A stretch of DNA of 64,000 nucleotides from Promethearchaeota archaeon (GCA_016839555.1 JAEOUA010000006.1:384001-448000), one strand, 5' to 3'; shown: positions 1 through 10,137, counted from the stretch's first letter. Notes: generated from the sequence alone by a model not told the origin. Made by a program: numbers and translations.

Positions 1-326
1 AATAATTTATTTTCTGGAGCAGTTGCTATTCCGAACACAAAATTTAATCCTGCAGAGTAAATATCCACATCCAATATTCCCAATGTACGAAAGAATTGTT
101 TGTTGATTGAATATTGAAAAAGGCGATTTAAAATAGGATCAGCAAAATATTGTTGTCTTGCTTTATTATAATCTGATTGCTTTAAAGGCATTTCATCATT
201 TAAAATTTTAATCGAAAGATTGAATTTATTGAATATTTTATTTAACCCATCCTTTAATTCTTCCAGAATTGTATTATTTATATCCCCAATTTTTCGAATA
301 TAGATTTTTTTTTCGGTCTTAAACAT
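1..326 (-). CDS. amzA: Archaemetzincin (AmzA-family Zn protease), N-terminal part; runs off the window
   Basis: Hand translation from ATG at 326: MFKTEKKIYIRKIG...YNKARQQYFADPIL...LGILDVDIYSAGLNFVFGIA. The RxQY and DxDxYxxGLNFVFG motifs are typical of archaemetzincins. Not in the ORF track. Confidence 0.8.
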   Translation of the reverse strand, partial: MFKTEKKIYIRKIGDINNTILEELKDGLNKIFNKFNLSIKILNDEMPLKQSDYNKARQQYFADPILNRLFQYSINKQFFRTLGILDVDIYSAGLNFVFGIATAPENKL

Positions 327-377
327 TTCAAATTACATAAAATTTTTTTATTAAAAAGAATTTTAGTAAATACTAAG

Positions 378-496
378 TCAAATCAAAACATCTTCTAAAG
401 GGCTTAGTACGTAAACACGGTTTCAATATGGTGTGATCAATATATTGGAATGTGAATCTTTAGAATTATTCAAATCTTAGATTATGTTTTGGTTGA
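378..496 (+). promoter_or_regulatory. Putative structured 5' leader of the rpl11 operon
   Basis: Nested helices 378-391/484-496, 393-401/457-465 and 421-430/441-450; the G-U pairs form only on the + strand. Confidence 0.5.
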
Positions 497-520
497 AATT
501 TAAGAAAAAAGTTGAACATC

Positions 521-1018
521 ATGAGTGAAACTGAAAGAGTTGTTGTGAAAGCTCTAGTGACTGGAGGAAAAGCGTCAGGTGGACCTCCTATTGGTCCTGC
601 CGTAGGGCCGACAGGGATAAATATCAAAGATGTGGTGGATGCGGTGAACGAGAAGACTCAAATGTTTAAAGGACTCTCCGTCCCCGTCCGAATTGAATGC
701 GATCCCGAAACTAAACAATTTGAAATATTCGTTGAGACACCTTCAACTTCGAGTCTCTTGTTGAAAGAATTGGGAGCATCAAAAGGAAGCTCTTCGAGGA
801 TAGAAGAAAAAATCGGTGATTTAACCTTAGACCAAGTGAAAGAGGTTGTAAAAGCAAAAAAAGATATTTTTTTGGATAAAACATTTAAGGCAGCTGTGAA
901 ATCTGTGTTAGGTACGGCATTATCTATAGGGGCCACCGTTGAAGGAGAAAATCCTCGTGTAATTCAAAAAAGGATCGATAATGGAGAGTATGACGACCAA
1001 CTAACGGAGGAAATATAA
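521..1018 (+). CDS. rpl11: 50S ribosomal protein uL11
   Basis: GGKASGGPPIGPAVGPTGINI motif; ATG at 521 preferred over TTG at 512. Confidence 0.97.
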   Translation: MSETERVVVKALVTGGKASGGPPIGPAVGPTGINIKDVVDAVNEKTQMFKGLSVPVRIECDPETKQFEIFVETPSTSSLLLKELGASKGSSSRIEEKIGDLTLDQVKEVVKAKKDIFLDKTFKAAVKSVLGTALSIGATVEGENPRVIQKRIDNGEYDDQLTEEI

Positions 1019-1746
1019 TGAAGGTAAGTGAAAAATTATTAAAAAAATCTTTAGATGCTGCGATAGACTTATCGGTGAGAAGAAAGAAGGGATTCGAGCC
1101 TAAAAAAAGAAAGTTTGATGAAAGCATTGATTTAATCATAAATTTAAAAGATATTGATTTACAAGATCCTAAGCAAAGAATCGATAAAGAATTAATTCTT
1201 CCACATCCCATTTCAAAAAGTCGAAAGGAACAACTTTGCGTTATCGCAGATGGAGAATTCTTAGTACAAGCCAAAAATCTTAATGTAGATACAATGAGTC
1301 AAGAAGATTTGGAAAAACTAAATACCCAAGAGAAAAAGGAAAAGAAAAAGTTCGTTAAAAAATATGATTTTTTCATAGTGGAATCTCGGTTCATGCCGAC
1401 TCTGGCTCGTTATTTAGCTCGATTTCTGGGTCCTCAAGGAAAGATGCCAAAACCATTCCCTGCAGGGTATGGAATTGTATCCTCACCAGAAGAACTTGAA
1501 AATGCTATTGATCGATATAAGAGAATAATTCAAGTTCGAATAAAGAAAAATCCTATAGTTCAGGTTAAAGTAGGAAAGAAATCAATGGAAATGCAAAAGC
1601 TCTTCGAAAACATTAAAACAGTTGTAGATTATGTAGTTGATCAAATGCCACATAAGTTTAATAATATCAATTCTATATATATAAAAACAACAATGGGAAG
1701 ACCTGTGAAAGTAGAAGAGGAATTCCTGGAGGATATTGGTGAATAA
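1018..1746 (+). CDS. rpl1: 50S ribosomal protein uL1
   Basis: RKFDESIDLIINLKDID, LGPQGKMPKP, IKTTMGRPV motifs; operon position. Confidence 0.97.
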   Translation: MKVSEKLLKKSLDAAIDLSVRRKKGFEPKKRKFDESIDLIINLKDIDLQDPKQRIDKELILPHPISKSRKEQLCVIADGEFLVQAKNLNVDTMSQEDLEKLNTQEKKEKKKFVKKYDFFIVESRFMPTLARYLARFLGPQGKMPKPFPAGYGIVSSPEELENAIDRYKRIIQVRIKKNPIVQVKVGKKSMEMQKLFENIKTVVDYVVDQMPHKFNNINSIYIKTTMGRPVKVEEEFLEDIGE

Positions 1747-1748
1747 AT

Positions 1749-2735
1749 ATGATAACTGAAAAAAAAGTTCCTCAATGGAAAAAGAATGAAATTGAGTACT
1801 TAGTTAATCTAATGAAAGAATATAAGAATATCATTGTAATTAACGTATCAAATGTTAATGATAAACAGATACAAGAAATGAGGAAGTTATTACGTGGAGA
1901 TGCAGTTATTCGAATGTCAAAAAAATCCTTGCAAAAACGGGCGATTAAAAGATATGAAGAAGAAAGTGGAAAAGAAAATTTAGATCTCCTCAAAAAAAAA
2001 ATTCCAGGGCAATCAGCATTAGTTTTTACAGACTTAGATCCATTTGAACTAAAACGCATATTTTTAGAGAATAAATGGATGGTTGCTGCAAAGCCAGGAC
2101 AAATTGCGCCCGTAGATATTGTTGTTCCTAAAGGAGATACGGGATTGCCCACAGGACAAGTCATAAGTGAACTTAATATGATTTTGAAACTTCCTACTAT
2201 GTTAAAAAATGATACTATTCATATCCGAGAAGATACCGTGACACATAAAAAAGGTGATATTGTATCTATGAAAGAAGCCTCAGTATTAAAAAAATTAGGT
2301 ATTGAGCCAATTGAATCTATCATTAGAATCCATAGTACATGGTCAGATGGGGATCTTATACCAGCTGATATATTATATATGGATATAGAACAATTCAGAG
2401 AAGATATTATAGAAGCACATCTCACAGCAACAACAATAGCTATTGAATTGGGAATTCTAGATAAGGAAACTATTCGTCCGCTATTACAAAAAGCATATAG
2501 AGAAGCCTTATCTGTATTATTTGAGTTATCAATAGTAGATATGAATTTCATAGAAGAATATATCAAAAAAGCAGAAATGAATGCAAAATTACTAAGTGAA
2601 ATTGCATTTAGAGGGGTCCCTGCTCCGGATATACAAGACCAACATGGAAAAAAGCAAGAGAAAAGCGATACTGAGAAAAAAAAATAAGAGAAAGAATCTG
2701 ACGACGAGCTTACTGGAATTGGCTCGTTATTTTGA
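1749..2735 (+). CDS. rpl10: Ribosomal stalk protein uL10 (P0); in-frame TAA at 2685-2687 precedes the conserved C-terminal tail
   Basis: VPQWKK, AKPGQIAPVDIVVPKGDTG and LKKLGIEP motifs. After the TAA the same frame reads EKESDDELTGIGSLF-TGA (ends 2735). Confidence 0.93.
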
Positions 2736-2794
2736 GCAATATGATTATAAAAAAATTACTAAAATAAAAAATAACAAGAGGTTGTTAATATAAG

Positions 2795-3094
2795 ATGGAA
2801 AGTGTATATGCTGCTCTTTTACTTCATAAAGCTTCCAAAGATATTACAGAAGAAAGTATTGAGAAAGTATTAAAGGCTGCAGATGTGAAGCCAAATAAGG
2901 AACAGATTACAAAGTTAGTATTGGGTTTAAAAGAAATGAATATAGAAGAAATTCTTAAGTCTGCTGCTATTACTCCGGTAGCTTCGGTTCCTTCGGGAAA
3001 AGCGGCACCAGTAAAAGAGGAAAAGAAGAAAGAAAAGAAAGCGAAGGAAGAAGAGGAAGAAGAAGAGCCTACTGGTATAGGAAGCTTATTTTAA
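2795..3094 (+). CDS. rpl12: Ribosomal stalk protein P1/aL12
   Basis: YAALLLH N-terminus, acidic hinge, GIGSLF C-terminus. Confidence 0.96.
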   Translation: MESVYAALLLHKASKDITEESIEKVLKAADVKPNKEQITKLVLGLKEMNIEEILKSAAITPVASVPSGKAAPVKEEKKKEKKAKEEEEEEEPTGIGSLF

Positions 3095-3373
3095 AATATT
3101 TAAAACATTGACTAAAAATTGTAAGTATAAAATATAAATACATTCAATTTTTTTAATTCTTTTTTATTAGTAAGCATTTATCATACATCATAATTATTGC
3201 TATCATAATATATTTGTTCGAATTCTAAAAGAACTAAGAAATTTTAAAATCAATTTTATTTAGGGGGTTTCTTAAAATACAAAACTTTTTTTAAAATTTT
3301 GATTTATTTTCTTTAGAAACTAGATATACCTAAATAAATACTTCTGTATTATCCTAACGAGAATAAAATAAAA

Positions 3374-4840
3374 ATGGCTGGAAAATTTTTAAAACTCTTT
3401 TCTCCACTGGTCAAAATAATGCCTGAGGTTCGGCAGCCACAGCGTGAAGTAACTTTCAAACAGAAATTTATATGGACAATGGTGGCATTAGTCATCTACA
3501 TTGTAATGAGCAATATTCCTTTGTATGGTGTAAATATTGCGGAGTCCCAAGATTATTTTTATTGGTTAAGAGTCATCCTAGCCAGTCATCGAGGAATGCT
3601 TACAGAGCTTGGGATCGGTCCAATAGTAACTGCGGGATTAATTATGCAGCTTTTAAATGGTTCAAAACTTATTAATGTGAATATGGCAGATCCGTATGAT
3701 CGGGCGATGTTCAGTGGTACCCAAAAAGTCTTGTCTATGATATTAACTGTATTCAATGCTATTGCATATTTATTTGGGGGTGCATTCGGACCTGTCGAGG
3801 ATATAGGTCTCATAAATGGAACTCTTATTTTTATCCAATTATTCGTTGCTGGAATAATTATTATCTTATTAGATGAATTGCTGCAAAAAGGCTGGGGGAT
3901 AGGAAGTGGAGTTTCATTATTTATCGCCGCAGGAGTCGCTGGGCAAATATTTTGGAACATATTCAACTTTATCGAAGCTGATGAGGGAATTCCAAGAGGC
4001 ATCTTAATTGCATTTTTTAGCGTATTATTTGATGGGAATCCAGAAACTACCTTAGCTGATATTTTTGTGAGGGAACAATTGCCCTCGATTATAGGAGGTA
4101 TTACTACCCTAATTATTTTTGTTATCGTGATTTGGTTTGAAAGCGCTCGGATTGAGATTCCACTTCAATATAAAGGATACAGTGGATTTAAGGGAAAATA
4201 TCCTATCAAATTATTGTATGTGTCCAATATTCCCGTTATATTAGTAAATGCTTTATATGCAAATTTCCTCTTTTTTGGTCAAATGCTTGCTGGACCGGAT
4301 TCAGTTCTCCGAGGAGGCGGAGCTGATTTTTGGATTGATCTAATTGGGACGTTTACCACTGAGCAGGCTCAGACTGGAGGTGGAGGCACTCGATTAATAC
4401 CCACGGGAGGACTTATATATTTCTTTACACCACCTCAAGGATTAGGCCAATTAATTGGAGATCCGGTCCGGGCTATAATATATTTAGCCATATTCATCGT
4501 TTTATGTGTCTATCTAGGTCGTGTATGGGTGGAGGTTAGTGGATTAGCTCCCAGAGATGTGGCAGCTCAAATACTTGATTCGGGAATGCAAATTCCAGGA
4601 TTTAGAAGTTCCGAAAAAATAATCCGGAGAATTTTAAAACGATATATTCCTGTCCTCGTCGTTTTAAATGGTATTATAATTGCACTTTTAAGTTTCTTCG
4701 CGGACAGTCTCGGTGCACTTACTTCTGGAACGGGATTGCTCATAGCGATTGGCATAACGCATCAATATGCAGAAACAATCTCTAAGGAGCTCGCTGCAGC
4801 CCAATACCCCGGGATGCGAGGATTATTAGGAATGGACTGA
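3374..4840 (+). CDS. secY: Preprotein translocase SecY/Sec61alpha
   Basis: ELGIGPIVTAGLIMQLL, KGWGIGSGVSLFIA, YPIKLLYVSNIPVIL, IPGFR motifs; about 10 TM segments. Confidence 0.98.
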   Translation: MAGKFLKLFSPLVKIMPEVRQPQREVTFKQKFIWTMVALVIYIVMSNIPLYGVNIAESQDYFYWLRVILASHRGMLTELGIGPIVTAGLIMQLLNGSKLINVNMADPYDRAMFSGTQKVLSMILTVFNAIAYLFGGAFGPVEDIGLINGTLIFIQLFVAGIIIILLDELLQKGWGIGSGVSLFIAAGVAGQIFWNIFNFIEADEGIPRGILIAFFSVLFDGNPETTLADIFVREQLPSIIGGITTLIIFVIVIWFESARIEIPLQYKGYSGFKGKYPIKLLYVSNIPVILVNALYANFLFFGQMLAGPDSVLRGGGADFWIDLIGTFTTEQAQTGGGGTRLIPTGGLIYFFTPPQGLGQLIGDPVRAIIYLAIFIVLCVYLGRVWVEVSGLAPRDVAAQILDSGMQIPGFRSSEKIIRRILKRYIPVLVVLNGIIIALLSFFADSLGALTSGTGLLIAIGITHQYAETISKELAAAQYPGMRGLLGMD

Positions 4841-5074
4841 TGATAGATAGAAATTAGCAATCTATTCAACAATAAATCATCTAAAATTAAATGTTTAATT
4901 TCTAAAATTTAATACTATAGCTTTTTTGGTTATTCAGTTAGTTTAAATATAATTTATTTAGAATTTTAGACATATAAAAAAATCATTTCGAATATTAACT
5001 TTAGTCGAGTTAAATCAAACTAAACTATTTGGCTAAAATTTTAAATTAATGCTAATTTAATTATATGTATAGTT

Positions 5075-5866
5075 ATGTTATTTCAAATATTTCAAACAGG
5101 TACAATTAAGGAGATTTTATTAACCCCTCCAGGTTCTATGTTTTTTATATTATTGTTAGCAGCGGGTATCGCATTAATTTCTTCGGGACTGACGAAATGG
5201 TTAACTGACACAGAGGAGATGGAGAGAAAGCAGCGACAAATTAAGGAACATGAGGAGGAAAAAGAAAAGATTATTGAATTAGCCGAAAATAATCCAATTA
5301 AATACAGAAAAGAGCGAAAACGATGGGAACGCAAGGATGAAATGTTTAAAAAAAGTCAGCAAGGAATGGCAATGCAACGAATTAAACCCACATGTATTAC
5401 CTTGCTTCCGATGATCATTTTTTTCCTCATAATCCGGGCATTATTTAGTAATGAGCCAATTGCTCTTTCGCCGATGAATGCAAATGATATCCCGCTTATT
5501 GGGGGGATCCTTCAAGGGGTAACTGGAACATTGAGCGAGGCAAAATTAGCAGATAACCTTGCTTCATTGGTTAAAATTGGTCTTTCTAATCCCGAGATTT
5601 TTGAACAATATCAAGAATTAATTTTAAATGCATATATTCTGCTAAAAGTGGTAGCTGAGCCTTGGACAGAACTTTTTTATGAGTTGCCGGCGATTATTGG
5701 TCCGTATGATGGTTGGATTAATTTCACCACATGGTATTTTTTGGCGAGTTTTGGGGTGAATACATTAATTCAGAGACTTCTGGGAATTCAAACCCAAACA
5801 ACAGGTGGCATGTCTCAAATGATGGGTGGTTCAAAAGCGAAAACTCTCGAATTTCCTGATGTGTAA
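5075..5866 (+). CDS. EMC3/TMCO1 (DUF106, Oxa1-superfamily) membrane insertase
   Basis: TM1, coiled coil, KP..ITLLP TM2 and WYFLAS TM3; usual position downstream of secY. Confidence 0.85.
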   Translation: MLFQIFQTGTIKEILLTPPGSMFFILLLAAGIALISSGLTKWLTDTEEMERKQRQIKEHEEEKEKIIELAENNPIKYRKERKRWERKDEMFKKSQQGMAMQRIKPTCITLLPMIIFFLIIRALFSNEPIALSPMNANDIPLIGGILQGVTGTLSEAKLADNLASLVKIGLSNPEIFEQYQELILNAYILLKVVAEPWTELFYELPAIIGPYDGWINFTTWYFLASFGVNTLIQRLLGIQTQTTGGMSQMMGGSKAKTLEFPDV

Positions 5867-6107
5867 TTTTTCTAATAATTTTAAGTGTTTCGATTTTTCT
5901 GGTAATTTTTATTTTTTTAATCATAATTTCTGAAAAAAATTTTTCCCCTCAATTTGTAAAAGGGGTGCAAAAAACAATATTCCTCCACTTAAGGAAATGG
6001 TTAAAAATTATTATGAATTGAGGGTCTTTAATAAGTATAAAATTCTATCTTAATCTTTTCTTTTATAATTATGCTAAAATTGATATTAAAAAAAAAAAAG
6101 AGATTTT

Positions 6108-7385
6108 TTATAGAGTGTGTTCATAGTCTTTCGGATCTAATAACAAGAAGCCAATAAGACCCAGATTTGAAATCACTGCCACAAAGATAAAAACATATAT
6201 GTATGATGCTGTGAGTTCTAGGACAAATCCTGATAATGAAAGCCCTAATATACCTCCTAAGTTTGCAAATGCATTGCAGAGTGAATAATATGTGCTGTCC
6301 ATTTCAAGATGTTGTTTACTGATTTCTGTTACGACCGCAGCATAACTAGAATGCCTCCAGCCTATAGCGACTCCTACAAAAGACGAAAAAATAAGTAAAA
6401 TAGGCCAAGCAATTGGGATAATCATTAAAAATAAAGCAATTGTGGTGATTATGAATGCTAAAAACACACTAAGCCTTCTCGTTTTCTTATCTGCAATTTG
6501 ACCTGCGATAAGGGCTCCAGCTACAACTCCCAAAGAGACAATCATTGTGATGAAAGCATTATAAAGATATACATCAACATCACCGCTCGGTAAAGATAAT
6601 TCCGTTCCAACAGAGGTTAAAACGCCCATTTCAACTAACACAAAAATGGAAATGATCAGTACGCCCACACTTTCTACCATAGCTGAAAATAAAGAAAATC
6701 CATAGGCTTTCCAATCTCTTGAATTATTAAACATATTTTTGAGATGTAATCCTAATTTTACTTCTGGATATTCTTTTGGTTCTTTTATAAATATTGTTGA
6801 AAAAGACGATAAGATTGTAAGGATACCCACTATGATAAACAGCATCGATACATTAAGTAGACCTGAAACTAAAAGGATGGCAAATGCTGGACCTCCAGCA
6901 ATCGCACCTATAGATCGCATCCCCCAAGTATATCCGGAGATTCTGCCCAATTTTTCTTTTGGTGTAATATCTATAAATAATCCATCAATAATTGTGTCTC
7001 CAAACGCCATACCGAGAAAAATCAAGAACCCCATTATGGTAAACGCTGTAATTGCATTTGATGCGGTATAAAAATTAGGAATTCCCATGATTATCCACAA
7101 AATTCCAGCAAACGACACCATTCCAATTATCCAAGGACGTCGTCTTCCAAATCTTTTTGATCCAAACTTATCTCCAATCATACCATAAAGTATTTTAAGA
7201 ATCCACGGTATCCCTATGATAGAACCTAAAAAGGCAATCGCAGACGCATCTAAAACACCTATAATTGAAATCAAATAGATTGGAATAATAATCGCAAATA
7301 GAGATTGATCAATCCCTTGAAAAAGGTAATTAACCGAGAATACTGCGATATAATAGTTTTTAAATTCTAAAATTTTTTCTCCCAT
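6108..7385 (-). CDS. MFS transporter
   Basis: About 12 TM segments; PWILKILYGMIGD...GRRRPW motif. Confidence 0.9.
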   Translation of the reverse strand: MGEKILEFKNYYIAVFSVNYLFQGIDQSLFAIIIPIYLISIIGVLDASAIAFLGSIIGIPWILKILYGMIGDKFGSKRFGRRRPWIIGMVSFAGILWIIMGIPNFYTASNAITAFTIMGFLIFLGMAFGDTIIDGLFIDITPKEKLGRISGYTWGMRSIGAIAGGPAFAILLVSGLLNVSMLFIIVGILTILSSFSTIFIKEPKEYPEVKLGLHLKNMFNNSRDWKAYGFSLFSAMVESVGVLIISIFVLVEMGVLTSVGTELSLPSGDVDVYLYNAFITMIVSLGVVAGALIAGQIADKKTRRLSVFLAFIITTIALFLMIIPIAWPILLIFSSFVGVAIGWRHSSYAAVVTEISKQHLEMDSTYYSLCNAFANLGGILGLSLSGFVLELTASYIYVFIFVAVISNLGLIGFLLLDPKDYEHTL

Positions 7386-7484
7386 TGTTTTCCCACTAAT
7401 GTAATATGTTTTGTTATAAAATCTTAATTAATTTATAAAGGTATAGAATTTCAGTTCATAAGTAAATTTAATATTCAGTTAAAA

Positions 7485-7506
7485 TCGTGAAATCAATGTT
7501 TCACGA
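7485..7506. promoter_or_regulatory. Perfect palindrome TCGTGAAA-N6-TTTCACGA upstream of the MFS gene
   Basis: 8-bp inverted repeat about 100 bp upstream of the MFS start. Confidence 0.35.
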
Positions 7507-7594
7507 AGAATTTTATATAACACACAAAAAACCAAAAATGAGTTTCTCCTTTTATTCTGATATAAATTTATTGATTAAGAAAAACAAGAATAAG

Positions 7595-7701
7595 CGCAGC
7601 GGATGGGATTCGAACCCATGCACGTATAAACGCACTGGCTTTTTGGCATAATAACCAGAATAGCTCCAAGCCAGCGCCCTACCAGGCTAGGCGACCGCTG
7701 C
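7595..7701 (-). tRNA. tRNA-Ser(GGA) with a 23-nt intron at 37/38 (7641-7663)
   Basis: Acceptor GCAGCGG/CCGCTGC with G discriminator; anticodon stem CTGGC/GCCAG; loop TT-GGA-G^A; long variable arm; T-arm ATGGG-TTCGAAT-CCCAT. Confidence 0.9.
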
Positions 7702-7918
7702 TCAAATACTAGTCAAATCTTTAGATAAGCTACTTTTTTAAAAGCAACGGACTTAATTAATTTTTTCATTATATATCAGGTAAAAGGCTGGATAAAAATT
7801 CATTAATAAATTACTATTCCCATTTACTAATTTGATTATCTTTTATTGTTAATTTCAGAGGAATGCCTTAAAATAAAGTTATATAAGAGATAAAACAAAA
7901 AAAAAGATAGTAAAAAAA

Positions 7919-8191
7919 TTATGCTGTGGGAATTTCAACCATTTTGCTCATTAAATCCTCAAGTTTGGCAGATTTAATAGCTGCGAGTACATCTTTATGA
8001 GAGGCTCCTTTCTTTATATCTATGGTTTTATCAATAGGCTCAAGATGCTTATAATTACATCTTCTTCGCTTGATTTTTGTACCATCAATAAGAAGATAAT
8101 TTTTATCAATGATGTCAACGATTACACAATATCGTGCGGCTTCTCTTCCCATAGTTTTTATGCACAATCTACCAATATCGTATACACTCAT
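7919..8191 (-). CDS. rpl14e: 50S ribosomal protein eL14
   Basis: GRLCIKTMGREA..CVIVDIIDKNYLLIDG..KRRRCN.KHLEP. Confidence 0.96.
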   Translation of the reverse strand: MSVYDIGRLCIKTMGREAARYCVIVDIIDKNYLLIDGTKIKRRRCNYKHLEPIDKTIDIKKGASHKDVLAAIKSAKLEDLMSKMVEIPTA

Positions 8192-8308
8192 TATAATTCG
8201 TCACCAAATTATTATTGTTCAATTAGCATACTAGTTTTTCACCAGTATGATAATTCTTTTATTATTAAATCAATAAATCTAAAAAAAATAAAATCTTTAT
8301 GATTTAAT

Positions 8309-8863
8309 TCATAATTTATTATGTTTATTTCTTTTTTGTAATTTCTGAATAATTTTATTAACAACCTGCTCAATGGATAGGTCTTTTGTATCAATGATTA
8401 TATCGAATATTTCTTTTTTTAGTTCTTCATTAGTTATATCGATTCCATACAAATCTTTAAAGCGCGAAATTTCCGAATTTTCTCTGAGTTTCGTCTCTTT
8501 TAGTTTTTTTTGATAATCTTCCTCATCTCGAGCCATCATTCGTCGTACTCGTGTTTCTAATGGTGCTTCAAGCAAGACAGTGCAATCTGCGCTATCTTTA
8601 AGGAGGTAACCACTTAAAAGGCTATCTATAACAAGATCCTTCTTTTCAGTAGCAATTTTTAGAATTTTTTGATCTAATTCTTTATCGATTTGCGGATTTT
8701 TTTCAACATACATAGAGAATTGCTCTAAAGACATATTTTTTTCAGATGCTAAACTTCTAAACGCATCACCCGTAGAATAATAGTCGAGTTGCAATTTTTC
8801 TGCCAATAAACGTCCGATAGTACTTTTGCCTATGCCATGAAGGCCCGAGATGGTTATGAGCAT
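8309..8863 (-). CDS. cmk: Cytidylate kinase (archaeal type)
   Basis: ITISGLHGIGKST P-loop, RFKDLYGID; located between eL34 and eL14. Confidence 0.93.
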   Translation of the reverse strand: MLITISGLHGIGKSTIGRLLAEKLQLDYYSTGDAFRSLASEKNMSLEQFSMYVEKNPQIDKELDQKILKIATEKKDLVIDSLLSGYLLKDSADCTVLLEAPLETRVRRMMARDEEDYQKKLKETKLRENSEISRFKDLYGIDITNEELKKEIFDIIIDTKDLSIEQVVNKIIQKLQKRNKHNKL

Positions 8864-9025
8864 GATAATTATTAGTAATTTTTTAAAACATGAATTAATT
8901 ATCCATAAAAATTGGAGATAATATAATTATTTTATTGCTTTTATTCTAAATATTAGAGCTCTTTTTGAAGGGAATTAAAGGGTGTTAATTTAAAAAATAA
9001 GTAAATACATCATTTCAAAATGAAT

Positions 9026-9295
9026 TTATAAACTTCTTACTTTCTCTTGTAGAAGAGTTTGAAGGCACTTGGCGCAATACCTCCCACTTTCTGGCCTTGT
9101 CGCCCTCCTTGCGGTCTTATTCGTTTTTTTCATATCAACAGGGCGAAGTCGAGGGATTGATTGTAAAGGTCTCTTGCAAATTGCACAATGCGCCCTTTTT
9201 GGCTTTCTCCGCCAATAATGCGTCGTATTTTCATTTCCAGGCGTTCTTATTGTTTTTCTCTTTTGAGTTTTACTTCTTAAACCGGGTCGAGGCAT
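9026..9295 (-). CDS. rpl34e: 50S ribosomal protein eL34
   Basis: RTPG, CAIC...RP..GRYCAKC zinc motif. Confidence 0.96.
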   Translation of the reverse strand: MPRPGLRSKTQKRKTIRTPGNENTTHYWRRKPKRAHCAICKRPLQSIPRLRPVDMKKTNKTARRATRPESGRYCAKCLQTLLQEKVRSL

Positions 9296-9669
9296 TTTAA
9301 TCGTATTATTTTATTTATTTTTTCTTTAATTTGCTCATAAATTATGTCTTTTATAATATTATGAACTTAATTAACTTAACTAAACTGATTATAGCTTAAA
9401 AGGAGAGAAAAATAGTATTTAATTCTCGTTGAACATGGTAATATCTAAAAAAGATTCCTTGTCTGAATACTTAGCGGGTTTTTCCGATACTTAATTAGAT
9501 CAGGCTATTCACGAGTACGGATTGAAGGGATCAAGTTTTGCCGTAAATCTATTTTTTTATTTCCATTTCATAAAAAATAAAAATAGTATTAAATTATTAA
9601 CTGAATTATTTCTTATTTGAAATTACAATTTTGAATTATATTTAAAAAAAATATGAAATATTAATAAAT

Positions 9670-9972
9670 TTGAAGGGAGATATGAAAATGCCAAAATATA
9701 TTGTGATTCATCCATATAAGGAGCGATCTTTAAAGGCAATGATAGACTTTCCTCCTGAGAAAAATGTGATATTCAAAACTTTAAAATCAAATTGTACAAG
9801 CGATGCTGATTGGGTGAGAAGCTGGGCAGTACTTGAACAGGAAAAGTTATATTGCGAATGGAATGCAAAAGATCCTGAATCTATTCGTGCTGTATTTGAG
9901 AAGATTGGAGGAAATGTTCCAATAGAATCAATTGATGAGCTGCACGTAATAGAAGGAGATGATTATAAATAG
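9670..9972 (+). CDS. DUF4242-like small protein (start probably at MPKY)
   Basis: MPKYIVIH...WVRSW...EKLYCEWNAKDPESIR pattern. Confidence 0.65.
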   Translation: MKGDMKMPKYIVIHPYKERSLKAMIDFPPEKNVIFKTLKSNCTSDADWVRSWAVLEQEKLYCEWNAKDPESIRAVFEKIGGNVPIESIDELHVIEGDDYK

Positions 9973-10137
9973 TAGCTAATATGTGAAGTAATTCAACCCT
10001 ATGACTTCAAAAATCAATTATTTAATTATTTTTTTTTTCTTTATCTTTATTTATTCTATTTTTAGAATTAACTTGTACTTAGTGAGGAATAATTTATATA
10101 AATGAAAATATTAAAAATTCAATTAATAAAATCTTAA

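Noticed and set aside
7641-7669. Alternative reading of the tRNA as Leu(CAA), using the CAA inside the insert
   Set aside because: That reading lacks U33; the G discriminator and the TT-GGA-G loop fit Ser.
9500-9511. Minus-strand TGA-ATA-GCC-TGA, a would-be UxxU selenoprotein motif
   Set aside because: The frame has no start codon, is closed by TAA on both sides within about 25 codons, and no SECIS-like hairpin is evident.
9508-9536. Faint resemblance of the minus strand (CTTGATCCC...CCGTACTCG) to a 5S rRNA loop
   Set aside because: No terminal helix I or other 5S elements are present.
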